NCBI GenBank assembly: GCA_026397315.1
Contig: JAPLVC010000007.1
Span: 102,378 to 166,377 of the forward strand
Source of the DNA: Candidatus Aenigmatarchaeota archaeon
GTDB lineage: Archaea; Aenigmatarchaeota; Aenigmatarchaeia; QMZP01; QMZT01
DNA: 64,000 nucleotides
Direction: 5' to 3'
This document shows positions 19,316 to 29,875 of the stretch, in pieces. The position numbers were made by a program, and so were the translations under genes. Position 1 is the first letter of the stretch. Each line of letters starts with the position of its first letter. A model generated the notes under the pieces. It saw only the letters and a list, made by a program, of their open reading frames with translations, ran no database searches and was not told the DNA's origin.

Positions 19316-19980
19316 TCGCGGTTTTTTAAAGATTTTTTGCCTTTCGCTTTCAGACGTCTTCTTATCAGTTCGAACGCGAGAGGAGCGAATGATATCGCGA
19401 TTATCGCTATCATGACCAGGGCGAAATTATCCCTGACCACCTGAATATTGCCGAAGAGATATCCGCCCGTAAGGAAAACGGCCACCCACGCTACCGCGCC
19501 CAGAATATTGTAGACTATGAAGCGCCTGTAGTTCATGGCGCCTATACCTGCGACGAACGGCGCGAACGTGCGGATAATGGGTATGAATCTCGCGAGCACT
19601 ATGGTCTTGCCGCCGTACTTCTCGTAGAAGCGATGCGCGCGCTCGAGATGCTCCTTGTTCATGAAGCGCACGTTCTTCTTCGTGAAGACTTTCGGCCCGA
19701 CGTAATGGCCGAGCCAGTAGTTCACGGTATCGCCTATTATGGCGGCGGCCGCCAGCGAGACGAATAGCAGGGCGAAGTCAAGCGAGCCGAGCGCCGCGAA
19801 CGCGCCCGCTGCGAAAAGAAGCGAGTCGCCGGGCAGGAACGGTGCGACGACAAGACCAGTCTCGCAGAAAATCACGGCAAAGAGAATGACGTATGTCCAC
19901 GGACCAAACGTTGCTATCAGTATGTTGATATTCTGGTCCAAATGCAGCACGAACTCGGTAAAAAGCGTGATAATGTCCAT
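19312..19980 (-). CDS. DedA family membrane protein
   Basis: FCETGLVVAPFLPGDSLLF and ARFIPIIRTFAPFVAG motifs. Confidence 0.95.
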   Translation of the reverse strand: MDIITLFTEFVLHLDQNINILIATFGPWTYVILFAVIFCETGLVVAPFLPGDSLLFAAGAFAALGSLDFALLFVSLAAAAIIGDTVNYWLGHYVGPKVFTKKNVRFMNKEHLERAHRFYEKYGGKTIVLARFIPIIRTFAPFVAGIGAMNYRRFIVYNILGAVAWVAVFLTGGYLFGNIQVVRDNFALVMIAIIAISFAPLAFELIRRRLKAKGKKSLKNRE

Positions 19981-20004
19981 ACAAATCAGATGTCTTCCGC
20001 ATAT

Positions 20005-20964
20005 TTAAGCGATTATGCCGGAGCCGAGAAGCCATAGGATTCCGTAGCCCGCGAGGCAGCCGGCTGTGATGAAAGGCATGGCCGGATAGAAGCGATCCTT
20101 CTTGGCGAACGCGAGCAGCGAGAAAAGCGCGATTGCGACGACGACCGGTATGATCAGCGCGTAAGCGAATGCGGTCGTCTTGGCGACGCTCATCTTTATC
20201 AGCGAGTCCATCACGACGCCCGCGAAAATGAGCGGGAATGCTATGTCACCGCCTCCGAGAATCGCGTTCCTGTATTCTACGCTAGCGACTTCCTTTTTGG
20301 CGGTTTTGGCGGTTTTTTTGCCCTTCACGGTCCTGGCGGCTTTGCTTAATCCTTTCTTCGCTTTCAGCTTGTACGTGACGAACACGCCCGCGAAGGCGCG
20401 GCTCTTGGTCTGGAACTGTGCCATGGAAACCATGTGCTTCGACTTCCAAACCGCGAACACATCATAGACGGAAATCACAAGCAATAGTAGAGTCACCCAA
20501 AAAATGTTGAGATTTGGTACGAATATGATAGCTATGCCGGGGTAAATCAAAAGTTCGCTAACATTGTGAATTATCATATTAGGTTTGAAAATTTTGAAAA
20601 ACGCAAGGAAAATAGACACGGAGAAAGCTATTATCGGGTCGACAAAAACACCAAGTGTTACAGAACATGTCATCCACACAGCGAAAAAGAACATGGCCTT
20701 CCATATCTTGAATTTCTTGAATTTCACCAACAGCAGTATAAGACCCGTGCCTATAAGTATTGCGGCAATCATGTAAAGGAACATTCCCATGTCATATAAC
20801 TGAGGCCTTTCGCCTATTGCTGTATCCGCATATTCAACTACAACTTCACCCTCTGGTGTATAGCCTATTCCTTTTATAGTGTAGCTGAGCGCGTAAAGGC
20901 CGATAACCTGCGACAGGAAGAATATCAGGATGATAATTAGCGTCACGGGAATCGTATGCTTCAT
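20005..20964 (-). CDS. Presenilin-family (GxGD) intramembrane aspartyl protease
   Basis: SVYDVFAV, LGGGD and PAMPF motifs in a multi-TM protein. Confidence 0.9.
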   Translation of the reverse strand: MKHTIPVTLIIILIFFLSQVIGLYALSYTIKGIGYTPEGEVVVEYADTAIGERPQLYDMGMFLYMIAAILIGTGLILLLVKFKKFKIWKAMFFFAVWMTCSVTLGVFVDPIIAFSVSIFLAFFKIFKPNMIIHNVSELLIYPGIAIIFVPNLNIFWVTLLLLVISVYDVFAVWKSKHMVSMAQFQTKSRAFAGVFVTYKLKAKKGLSKAARTVKGKKTAKTAKKEVASVEYRNAILGGGDIAFPLIFAGVVMDSLIKMSVAKTTAFAYALIIPVVVAIALFSLLAFAKKDRFYPAMPFITAGCLAGYGILWLLGSGIIA

Positions 20965-21015
20965 GAAAATAATTGGGATGGAACGCTTATTAATCACTTT
21001 GAATAACAAAATATT

Positions 21016-21456
21016 ATGGCGTTTCTTTCTCCCCTGGAAATCGAGATCGTAGTGAAGCTGGTCGTCGCCGCGAGCCTCGGCCTAATACTGGGTTTCGAAA
21101 GGGAAATGCACAAAAGACCCGCTGGTTTGCGAACACACTCGCTTATCTGCATGGGCGCGGCACTGTTTACGGTTCTCTCCATGTCGATTGTCGGCGAAAA
21201 CGTCGACGCCTCGAGGATAGCGGCCGGTATTGTGACGGGCATAGGCTTCATAGGCGGAGGCATGATATTCAAGTCCGACGACCGCGTCATCGGCCTGACA
21301 ACAGCGGCGGAGATATGGGTCGTGGGCGCGATAGGCATCGCGGTCGGCGTGGGCTATTATTTCGCGGCGGGCGTGGCAACAGCGATTGTCCTTTTCATAC
21401 TCGTGCCGCTCAAGCACCTGGCCGACGAGGCGAAAAGAAAAGCAATCCTCAAGTAG
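21016..21456 (+). CDS. MgtC/SapB family protein
   Basis: GFERE, AGLRTH, GIGFIGGG and GLTTAA motifs. Confidence 0.93.
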   Translation: MAFLSPLEIEIVVKLVVAASLGLILGFEREMHKRPAGLRTHSLICMGAALFTVLSMSIVGENVDASRIAAGIVTGIGFIGGGMIFKSDDRVIGLTTAAEIWVVGAIGIAVGVGYYFAAGVATAIVLFILVPLKHLADEAKRKAILK

Positions 21457-21530
21457 CGTTTTTTAAGCAGTGCTCTTTATCAAATTATTAAATACGGAAA
21501 GCAAGATAGATTTTATTGCAGGTCGCGACC

Positions 21531-23942
21531 ATGCTGCCGAAAGACTACGATTTCAGGGAAAGTGAAGAGCGATTGCAGAAGTTCTGGGAGCACGAGGGCG
21601 TTTTCAAGTTCAACCCGGAAAGCGAGATGCCAATCTTCGCTATCGATACTCCGCCTCCGACCGTTTCTGGCAAGATGCACTTGGGCCACGCATTCTCATA
21701 TTCACAGCAGGATTTCGTCGTCCGCTTCAAGCGCATGAGCGGCTTCGAAATGTTCTACCCTTTCGGCACGGACGACAACGGGCTCGCGACGATACGCCTG
21801 GTCGAGAAGATGACCGGCAAGAAGGAGAAGTTCATGTCGCGCAAGGAATTCATCGCTCTCGTCCTCGAGACGCTGAAGCAGATACGCCCTTCTTACGTGC
21901 GCGACTGGAAGCGCATAGGCATGAGCTGCGACTGGTCGATTTATTACACGACCATCGACGACCATTGCCGCCGCATCTCACAGAAGTCGTTCATCGACCT
22001 GTTCAAAAGCGGCCGGGTCTATCGCAAACGCACGCCTTTCATGTGGTGCCCTGAATGCCGCACTTCGATAGCGCAGGTGGAGCTTAAAGACGAGCAGAAA
22101 GAATCGCATTTTGTTTACATGAAATTCGACACGAGTATAGGCGAGCAGATAACCATCGCTACCACGAGACCTGAGCTGCTGCCGGCATGCGTCATGGTCC
22201 ACGTCCATCCCAATGACGAGCGCTACAAAAAGTTCATCGGCGCGAAAGCGAAAATCCCGTTCTTCAACCGCGAGGTCGACATAATGGCGAATGCGGACGT
22301 CGACCCGGCATTCGGTTCCGGCGCTGTTTATCACTGCACGTTCGGCGACATGGACGACGTCGAATGGCTGGAGCGATACAAGATCCCGGCGATAGAGATA
22401 ATGGGAAAAGACGGACGTTTGAACGAACTGGCTGGGAAATACGCCGGCCTGAAATCGAACGAGGCGAGAAACGCCATAATCGACGACCTGAAGGCGGAGA
22501 ACAGGATTGAGAAAATCGAAAAAATAACGCACGTCGTCAACACTCACGAGAGATGCGCGACGCCCATCGAGATTCTCATGACAGAGCAGTGGTTCATCCG
22601 TTACATGGACCTTAAAGGCGATTTTCTCAAGGCGGGCAGCGAGATGAACTGGTTCCCTGCTTTCATGCGCTCGCGCTACGACAACTGGATAAAAGGCCTC
22701 AAATGGGACTGGAACGTTTCGCGCCAGCGCAGCTTCGGCGTCCCCGTACCCGTATGGTTCTGCGAGAAATGCGGCAATATCATGCTTCCGGAGGAGACTG
22801 ACCTGCCAGTCGACCCGACTATAGACAAGCCGAAGCACGCATGCAAATGCGGTTCGCGCAGCTTCCACGGCGATCCTGACGTCCTCGACACGTGGGCCAC
22901 GTCGTCGCTCACGCCGCAAATCGCCGCGTCGCTGTACCCGCAGGCTTACGGCAGGCTTTATCCCATGTCCCTGCGGCCGCAGGCGCACGATATCATAACG
23001 TTCTGGCTTTTCAACACGGTCGTCAAGTCACGCATGCACAATAACGTGAACCCGTGGAATGACATCATGATTTCCGGATGGGCGCTCGACCCGAGCGGCA
23101 AGAAGATGAGCAAGTCAAAAGGGAATGTCGTCGAGCCGCAGGCGCTGATGGATAAATACGGCGCCGACGCACTGCGCTTCTGGGCGGCCGGCTCGAAGCT
23201 CGGCGAGGACCTGGCGTACATGGAGAAAGACTTCGTCACGGGCAGCAAGTTCGTCACGAAGCTCTGGAACGCCTCGAAATTCGCGCTCATGCATCTTCAG
23301 GGCTACGAACCCGTCAAACCGGAGAAGTTCAGCGAAACGGACAAGTGGCTGCTCACGAAAATCAGCGACATCATCAAAGTCTCGACCGAATCGTTCGAGA
23401 ACTACGAGTATTCGCGCGCGAAAGCGGAGATAGACAATTTCTTCTGGCACACGTTCTGCGACTATTATCTCGAGATGGCGAAGGACAGGCTATACAACCC
23501 CAAGGATTACGAAGAATGGGAAATCAACTCAGCGAAGTTCACGCTTTACTACACGCTGCTTGCCGTGCTGAAGATAATCGCGCCCATCACGCCGCACATC
23601 ACCGAGGAGATTTACCAGCATCATTTCAAGCGCACGGAAAAGCACAAGAGCATACATGTTTCCGAATGGCCGAAATACGACTCTTCGCTTGTCAACAAGA
23701 AATCCGAGGAAGCGGGGGACATCGCCACTGACGTGATAGCGGCCGTCAGGAAGTTCAAGTCGGCCAATGCGATGCCCATGAACGCGCCGCTGCGCTACGT
23801 GACCGTCGATTCCGTCGCTGTGAAGCCGCTGCTCAGGGACATAGAGAAGACCATGAAAATCGAGAGCGTGCGCGTGGGCAGCGTCAAGGAAAAGACCATC
23901 GAGACGGAAAGATTCAAGCTCGCGCTCGAAATAATGAAATAA
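21531..23942 (+). CDS. valS: Valyl-tRNA synthetase
   Basis: IDTPPPTVSGKMHLGH, ATTRPEL, WNVSRQR, RPQAHDII and KMSKS motifs. Confidence 0.96.
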   Translation: MLPKDYDFRESEERLQKFWEHEGVFKFNPESEMPIFAIDTPPPTVSGKMHLGHAFSYSQQDFVVRFKRMSGFEMFYPFGTDDNGLATIRLVEKMTGKKEKFMSRKEFIALVLETLKQIRPSYVRDWKRIGMSCDWSIYYTTIDDHCRRISQKSFIDLFKSGRVYRKRTPFMWCPECRTSIAQVELKDEQKESHFVYMKFDTSIGEQITIATTRPELLPACVMVHVHPNDERYKKFIGAKAKIPFFNREVDIMANADVDPAFGSGAVYHCTFGDMDDVEWLERYKIPAIEIMGKDGRLNELAGKYAGLKSNEARNAIIDDLKAENRIEKIEKITHVVNTHERCATPIEILMTEQWFIRYMDLKGDFLKAGSEMNWFPAFMRSRYDNWIKGLKWDWNVSRQRSFGVPVPVWFCEKCGNIMLPEETDLPVDPTIDKPKHACKCGSRSFHGDPDVLDTWATSSLTPQIAASLYPQAYGRLYPMSLRPQAHDIITFWLFNTVVKSRMHNNVNPWNDIMISGWALDPSGKKMSKSKGNVVEPQALMDKYGADALRFWAAGSKLGEDLAYMEKDFVTGSKFVTKLWNASKFALMHLQGYEPVKPEKFSETDKWLLTKISDIIKVSTESFENYEYSRAKAEIDNFFWHTFCDYYLEMAKDRLYNPKDYEEWEINSAKFTLYYTLLAVLKIIAPITPHITEEIYQHHFKRTEKHKSIHVSEWPKYDSSLVNKKSEEAGDIATDVIAAVRKFKSANAMPMNAPLRYVTVDSVAVKPLLRDIEKTMKIESVRVGSVKEKTIETERFKLALEIMK

Positions 23943-23994
23943 ACACAGTTAAAGGACAATATCGTTTTTTAAAATTTGATTTCTTTCTACTTTT

Positions 23995-24720
23995 ATGGAG
24001 AATGCCAGCTTGGAATTCAACCCGCGCAAAGACATGTTTTACGATGGCACGGGACTGCCGTCAGTGAAGATAGAGAACTTCGACCGGATAAGCAGTAAAC
24101 AGAAAAGACAGCTGAGACGGGCTGTGAAAGATTTTCTGGTGGAAAATGCAACAGGCGGCAAACGGGTAAGTGCCGATACTTTCAGCAGATTCGATGAATA
24201 TAACGACATGGAATTTTGGAACGGCGGCTGGTTTAGAAATAGGGAACATTTGGCTGATTTGGAGAGAGACACTGGGAATAAAGCGCATCTCATACTTCAC
24301 GTTCCCGCCAAACCCGGCGAGGACACTGCTAAAATCTACGGGCGATTCCTGAAATATGCAAGAGACAGGATCGTATGCCAGAGGCCTGTCGACTACTCGA
24401 ATGACATACAACCGAAAGTGGATGGAGATGGATACTTAATCCTCAACAGATCCTGGGGAAGCTTAACGCGGAAAGAAAAACGGCGTTTGAAAATGGACAT
24501 AAAAACATACCTGAAAGATAACGTTTCGTACGGACGCGTGATAATTCCATGGTCGCACCCGGATTCAGCATGCGATTTCGTGGACTGGCATAAAGGACAA
24601 GGTCAGGTCATTGCTGACATAAAGGAAAATGACGGAACTCCTGAACTCAGGTTTTATTTCGGCAATAAATTGTGCGGGCCTTTTGCAAGAGGCTTCTTGT
24701 CATACGCACAGAACAGGTGA
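23995..24720 (+). CDS. Hypothetical protein with two internal repeats
   Basis: FDRISSKQKRQLRRAVKDFLVEN... resembles WGSLTRKEKRRLKMDIKTYLKDN... Confidence 0.6.
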   Translation: MENASLEFNPRKDMFYDGTGLPSVKIENFDRISSKQKRQLRRAVKDFLVENATGGKRVSADTFSRFDEYNDMEFWNGGWFRNREHLADLERDTGNKAHLILHVPAKPGEDTAKIYGRFLKYARDRIVCQRPVDYSNDIQPKVDGDGYLILNRSWGSLTRKEKRRLKMDIKTYLKDNVSYGRVIIPWSHPDSACDFVDWHKGQGQVIADIKENDGTPELRFYFGNKLCGPFARGFLSYAQNR

Positions 24721-24750
24721 AACGGTTTTAAAATCCCGTTCCAATTTTAA

Positions 24751-25131
24751 ATGATGAGACTTTTTGTTTTCGCTGTGGTCTGCATCATTATTCTGGTGAT
24801 AGCTGCGCATCCGGCCCGCGCCGAAGACCCGGCCTGTAAAGAAGGGGAGCGCAGAATATGCGGCATCGACACTGGCATCTGCGAACCGGGCAGGTCGACC
24901 TGCAGGGACGGCGTCTGGGGCGCCTGCGATGGCGGAATCTGGCCTAAGGACAGCGAAACGTGCGGCAACTCGCTTGACGACAACTGCGACGGAGCGATAG
25001 ACGAGAACTGCTTCCCATGGACTTCTTTCGTACTTATCGGCATAGGCATGCTGTTTCTGGGCATAGGCATGATTTACATGCAGAAGAACAAGGGCGAGCG
25101 CATGCTGAGCGATGGTGTGAGCAAGGATTAA
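24751..25131 (+). CDS. Secreted, membrane-anchored Cys-rich protein with a MopE-like metal-binding motif
   Basis: Signal peptide, ETCGNSLDDNCDGAIDE motif and C-terminal TM. Confidence 0.75.
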   Translation: MMRLFVFAVVCIIILVIAAHPARAEDPACKEGERRICGIDTGICEPGRSTCRDGVWGACDGGIWPKDSETCGNSLDDNCDGAIDENCFPWTSFVLIGIGMLFLGIGMIYMQKNKGERMLSDGVSKD

Positions 25132-25289
25132 CGCGCACGCGACAGAAACCCTAAAAAGCGGCGTATGCTGCCGGTTTCCAGAGAAACTTTAAATAACCTT
25201 TATATATAAATCCTTTATACTATACTATACCTAAACGGACAGACAGCTTTCACGCTGTTCAAGCTAAAATATAAGCTAGGAGGGAGAAA

Positions 25290-26561
25290 ATGGCAGAAAA
25301 GCCGCACATTAACATTATAACATCAGGTCACGTAGACCACGGAAAATCGACTTTAATAGGCCGATTGCTCTTTGATTCCGGAGCGATAGGCGAGCAGGAA
25401 ATGAGGAAACTTAAGGAGAAAGCGAAGGAGTTGAAGAAGGAAACCTTCGAATTCGCATTCGTCATGGACAACCTCAAGGAAGAGCGTGAACGAGGAGTGA
25501 CCATCGACCTTATGCATAAGGAATTCCAGACACCGAAGTTCTACTTCACCATCATTGACTGTCCTGGCCACAGAGACTTCGTCAAGAACATGATTACGGG
25601 AGCGAGCCAGGCAGATGCAGCGATCCTTGTGGTTTCAGCAAAAGACGGCATCCAGGAACAGACAAGGGAGCACTTGTACCTCGCAAAGGTCTTGGGCATC
25701 CAGCAGCTTGTAGTGGCAGTCAACAAGATGGACGCTGTCAACTACGAGAAGGCAGCATACGAGAAGACCAAGACAGAAGTTGGAAAGCTGCTTCAGACGC
25801 TGGGCTACAAGGCTGACAAGATACCGATGGTCGCATGTTCCGCGTATGTCGGCGACAACGTATTCAAGAAGTCGACCAACATGGCGTGGTACACGGGCCC
25901 GACACTCGTCGAGGCTCTGGACCAGACAATAGTGCCACCACACAAACAGCTTGACAAGCCGCTTAGGCTTCCGGTTCAGGACGTCTTCGCCATCACAGGC
26001 GTAGGAACGGTCCCTGTCGGAAGAGTCGAGAGCGGTGTCTTGAAGCCGGGCGACAAGATTATTTTCGAGCCGTCCGGAGCGCAGGCTGAAGTCAAATCCA
26101 TAGAAATGCACCACAAACAGCTGACGAGAGCCGAACCGGGCGACAACGTCGGTTTCAACCTCAGAGGCGTTTCAAGGACTGACATAAAGCGCGGTGACGT
26201 CGCAGGTCATCTTAACAACCCGCCAACGGTAGCCAAGGAATTCACGGCGCAGATAATCGTTCTGCAGCACCCGACAGTGCTGACGAAAGGCTACACGCCG
26301 GTATTCCACTGCCACACGGCGCACGTCGCGGGCAAGATAATCGAGCTTGTAAAGAAGCTTGACCCGAAGACCGGCGCAGTCTCCGAGGAGCATCCGGAGA
26401 TGCTTAAGCCGGGCGATGCAGCCATAATAAGAGTGCAGCCGTCGCAGCCAATAGTCGTTGAGAAACAGGCGGATTTCCCCGGACTCGCAAAGTTCGCAAT
26501 CCGTGACATGGGCAAGACTATTGCTGCAGGGATTGTCATCGACCTTGTGAAGGCGAAGTAA
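25290..26561 (+). CDS. tuf: Translation elongation factor aEF-1alpha
   Basis: [33 protein letters not shown] and NKMD motifs. Confidence 0.98.
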   Translation: MAEKPHINIITSGHVDHGKSTLIGRLLFDSGAIGEQEMRKLKEKAKELKKETFEFAFVMDNLKEERERGVTIDLMHKEFQTPKFYFTIIDCPGHRDFVKNMITGASQADAAILVVSAKDGIQEQTREHLYLAKVLGIQQLVVAVNKMDAVNYEKAAYEKTKTEVGKLLQTLGYKADKIPMVACSAYVGDNVFKKSTNMAWYTGPTLVEALDQTIVPPHKQLDKPLRLPVQDVFAITGVGTVPVGRVESGVLKPGDKIIFEPSGAQAEVKSIEMHHKQLTRAEPGDNVGFNLRGVSRTDIKRGDVAGHLNNPPTVAKEFTAQIIVLQHPTVLTKGYTPVFHCHTAHVAGKIIELVKKLDPKTGAVSEEHPEMLKPGDAAIIRVQPSQPIVVEKQADFPGLAKFAIRDMGKTIAAGIVIDLVKAK

Positions 26562-26600
26562 TTTTTTACTTCCCTTTAACTTTTTCTTTTTATTTAACCC
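26562..26600 (+). terminator. Oligo-T archaeal-type terminator after tuf
   Basis: T-rich tract immediately after the stop codon. Confidence 0.5.
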
Positions 26601-26662
26601 TTTAGCGCGAGCTTTGTCTCTCGAAACAAAGGCATTTAAAACTTTTTCACTCCCGTATCTTT

Positions 26663-26983
26663 ATGGAAAAAGAACGTCATAAGTTCCACGGCAGGGCGAT
26701 AGAGACAGATCCGCTCGTTCCGTACGGCATGGTCGTTTATGCAAACAAAGAACCTGTCTATGTGGAACTGGATATAGGGCAAAGGATAAGGGAAATCGGA
26801 AGCCTGGGCGCGGACGAAGCGGTTAATCAGATATCCGCGTTGATTCTCAACCAAAAAAATCCCATGATAAGGCTCAGCGAAAGGCAGAGGGGCGCGATAA
26901 AGAACACGCTGGAAGTTCTGGAAAATATGGGTGAAGCTCTGGGCGCCGCAGAAACTGGAAAATACAGCCTCTCAACATTTTAA
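26663..26983 (+). CDS. Hypothetical protein
   Basis: ORFan with TTTAAAA about 22 nt upstream of the ATG. Confidence 0.55.
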   Translation: MEKERHKFHGRAIETDPLVPYGMVVYANKEPVYVELDIGQRIREIGSLGADEAVNQISALILNQKNPMIRLSERQRGAIKNTLEVLENMGEALGAAETGKYSLSTF

Positions 26984-27006
26984 AACAACGCACTAAATTA
27001 TTCTCT

Positions 27007-27747
27007 ATGAAACCAAAGATGTCAGACATCAGCAACAGGATCGAGATGTGGCTCAAGGCAAAGTTCGTCGAGTCAGGCGCCAGCGGCGTCGTAATCGGCC
27101 TCAGCGGGGGCGTCGATTCGTCCGTGGTTGCCGCGCTCGCGAAGCGCGCGCTAGGGAGCGCGAAAGTTCTCGGCCTTTTACTGCCATGCGAGTCGAACGC
27201 GAAAGACGCGGAACGTGCCAGAATTATGGCAAAAAAACTTGGCATAAAAACGGACATGGTCGATTTGACTCATACGTTCCGCGAATTCGGCGAAACGCTG
27301 CCTGAAGCGGACAAAAAGACGCTGGGCAATCTAAAGTCTCGCCTGCGCATGCTTACATTGTATTACTACGCCAACAAAAACAATTCGCTAGTTCTCGGCA
27401 CTTCAAACAAGTCGGAAATAGCGATTGGCTACTTCACGAAACACGGCGATGCTGCAGCGGACCTGAAACCGATAGGCAGTCTTTACAAGACGCAGGTACT
27501 CGATCTTGCAAAATACCTCGAAATCCCGGAAGATATAATAAATGCGACGCCGGCAGCGGGACTGTGGGATGGGCAGACCGACGAGGGCGAGATAGGCATG
27601 AGCTACGCGGAGCTGGACAATATCCTGAAATCAGCGGAGAATGGTCTTCGTCCCGCAGGAGCTGACGCGAAGAAAATCTCGCTCGTGAAAGAAATGATAA
27701 AGAAATCCGTCCACAAGAGAAAGCTGCCTGAAGTCTGCGAGATGTGA
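27007..27747 (+). CDS. nadE: NH3-dependent NAD+ synthetase
   Basis: GLSGGVDS, GNLKSRLRM, GTSNKSE, GYFTKHGD and GQTDE motifs. Confidence 0.96.
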   Translation: MKPKMSDISNRIEMWLKAKFVESGASGVVIGLSGGVDSSVVAALAKRALGSAKVLGLLLPCESNAKDAERARIMAKKLGIKTDMVDLTHTFREFGETLPEADKKTLGNLKSRLRMLTLYYYANKNNSLVLGTSNKSEIAIGYFTKHGDAAADLKPIGSLYKTQVLDLAKYLEIPEDIINATPAAGLWDGQTDEGEIGMSYAELDNILKSAENGLRPAGADAKKISLVKEMIKKSVHKRKLPEVCEM

Positions 27748-27756
27748 TTTCAATTA

Positions 27757-29835
27757 TCAAAGCGTCCCTTTCAGCGCCCTGGCCTTGTCTATTTCGAGAC
27801 GGTTATTGAGCGCGTTCACCAGGTATTTCTTCTTCTTGTTCGTTATGACCCAGTACGGATAATAGACGGGCTTTATCTCGAGTATGTTGATGTTCCATAT
27901 CTCGGCGACTTTCTTGACCGCGTCCTTAGTCACCGTGAAGTCGAGAGTCTCGCCAACGCGGTCGCGCTCTATTATCTTGCGGCTGAGCTTCATCGATGAC
28001 GTCTCGGAAGGCAGATGTATCGAACTGGAAAGCGCGTATTCCTCGCCCTCACGAATGACCATCTTCTTTTCCACGAGGTGCTTCAGTGCGCTCTGCGCGT
28101 CGCTTAGTAACATCTTAGTATTGCCGGATATCTTGTCTATGCCAGCCGCGCCCGATCCTGCGAGATAAACGATAACCCTCCTCTGGTCGTGCGGCAGTTC
28201 TAGGATGGATGCGATGCCTTTGCTGCTGTCGACGTCCTCGTCTTTCTCGAAGAATATTTCTCCCGTTATGCCGTCGACCAGCAGTTCCACGTCTTTGCCG
28301 ATGCGGACTCCGTCCGCCTTCCAAACGGGGTAATTGAGGAAGCGCAGGTCGTCGACGCTCTTGAAAGTGCGCATGATGTCCTCCTCGAAGAACCTGGGCG
28401 CGTAAACCTGCAGCTTGCTCTCATAGACCGGCGTAATCCCTTCGATAGCTTCAGCGCCTTCTTTTCCCGGCTCGAGCTGTTTGACCATCGCCTCTCCGCC
28501 GTGCTGGCTTCTTCGAATTCGAATGTCTACTATGAGCGGCTGCTCGGTCACGCCGACTATCATGCCTATGCCAATGGGCAGGTCCTTTATCTCTTCGCGC
28601 GTTCCCAGCTCGATGCCCTCGACCGAGTCCATTATCGCGCGGATGTCGTTGGGATTCGTGACTTTCAGAATTATCTGCGTCGAACACTGCGACAGCACGT
28701 TCTTGTCGACTTTCGCCGGCCTTTGCGAGATTATGCACAGGCCCACGCCGAACTTTCGCCCTTCGGAAGCGATGACGCGCAGGAGCTTCGAGCTGGCGAC
28801 TTCGCCCAGCCCTCGTTCAGGGCAGAAGTTGTGCGCCTCCTCGAACACCATGAAGAACTCCGGAATCTTGCCGTATTTCCTGGCGTTGAAAAGCTCCTTG
28901 GCTACTTTGTATACTATGATCTGCTGCACGTCGGGGCTCGCTTCCTTCAGGTCGATTATCGTCATGCGGCCTTCCTTCACCAGCTCCTCGGGCTTGGTCG
29001 GGTTGGCCGAAAACAGCTTCGTGCCCTCGAGAAACTCGAGCAGCGATGATAAATTACGTTTGGCGTTGCTGTCGACTGAGTTGACCTCTTCTATCACGTC
29101 CCTGAGAGTGTAGTCCTTGCTTGCGAGGTTCTTCATCGCGGAATAAAGTATGCCCTCCTGGCCTGCGGATATGTGCGTGGGCAGCATCTCGAATATGTCT
29201 TCCGTCGATAGCTTAGCGTCAAGCTTTATCGGGTTCTGCGTGCCCGCGTCGAAGATTTGTATCTTGTTCTTGTAGGATTTCGGCTGGATGCTGAAGCGTT
29301 TCATCTGCTGGATTTCGTTCTCCTTCCTGTTCTCGTCGACCATGGTCATGTATTCGCCGTGCGGGTCTATGACGACGACGGGGATGTTTTTCTCGGCAAG
29401 CTCTTCGAGAAGAACGCCTGCGGCATACGATTTCCCAGCGCCGGACTTGGCGAGGATCGCGACGTGCTTGGTGATGAGATGCCTTGGCGGCAGGTTCACG
29501 GCAATGTCATATCCCTCGAGAATTCCTATGTAGAGGCCGTCGTCCTTAAGACCGAGAGTCAGCTTTATCAGCTCGTCGTCAGCCGAGTAGACTGGCGTGT
29601 CGGGCTCAAAAGGGACTGGTAACGGCTTGAGAAAATTCCTCGAGTCGCGGAAGCCTATGACCTTCGCCTTGGCGAGCGTGCTGTTCATGTAGTTTGTTAT
29701 GGAATCGATGTAACTGAGAATCCACTTGCCCTCGAAGTCCTTGACAGCGACGTATTGCAACTTCTTGACTTTTGCCTCCGCTTTGAATGCGAAGTCCTTG
29801 GTCGTCACGCTTCCGGAAATGCGGCCGAGCATCAT
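27757..29835 (-). CDS. HerA/FtsK-like (DUF87) ATPase with HAS barrel and C-terminal wHTH-containing extension
   Basis: HVAILAKSGAGKS, IDPHGEY, EEAHNF, EGRKFG and SQRPA motifs. Confidence 0.88.
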   Translation of the reverse strand: MMLGRISGSVTTKDFAFKAEAKVKKLQYVAVKDFEGKWILSYIDSITNYMNSTLAKAKVIGFRDSRNFLKPLPVPFEPDTPVYSADDELIKLTLGLKDDGLYIGILEGYDIAVNLPPRHLITKHVAILAKSGAGKSYAAGVLLEELAEKNIPVVVIDPHGEYMTMVDENRKENEIQQMKRFSIQPKSYKNKIQIFDAGTQNPIKLDAKLSTEDIFEMLPTHISAGQEGILYSAMKNLASKDYTLRDVIEEVNSVDSNAKRNLSSLLEFLEGTKLFSANPTKPEELVKEGRMTIIDLKEASPDVQQIIVYKVAKELFNARKYGKIPEFFMVFEEAHNFCPERGLGEVASSKLLRVIASEGRKFGVGLCIISQRPAKVDKNVLSQCSTQIILKVTNPNDIRAIMDSVEGIELGTREEIKDLPIGIGMIVGVTEQPLIVDIRIRRSQHGGEAMVKQLEPGKEGAEAIEGITPVYESKLQVYAPRFFEEDIMRTFKSVDDLRFLNYPVWKADGVRIGKDVELLVDGITGEIFFEKDEDVDSSKGIASILELPHDQRRVIVYLAGSGAAGIDKISGNTKMLLSDAQSALKHLVEKKMVIREGEEYALSSSIHLPSETSSMKLSRKIIERDRVGETLDFTVTKDAVKKVAEIWNINILEIKPVYYPYWVITNKKKKYLVNALNNRLEIDKARALKGTL

Positions 29836-29875
29836 GAAAATTAATTGGCTTCGGGCTTAATAAAAAGTTGAAGCG

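Noticed and set aside
25174-25187. ORB-like GTTTCCAGAGAAAC upstream of tuf
   Set aside because: Single imperfect copy next to a promoter; insufficient support.
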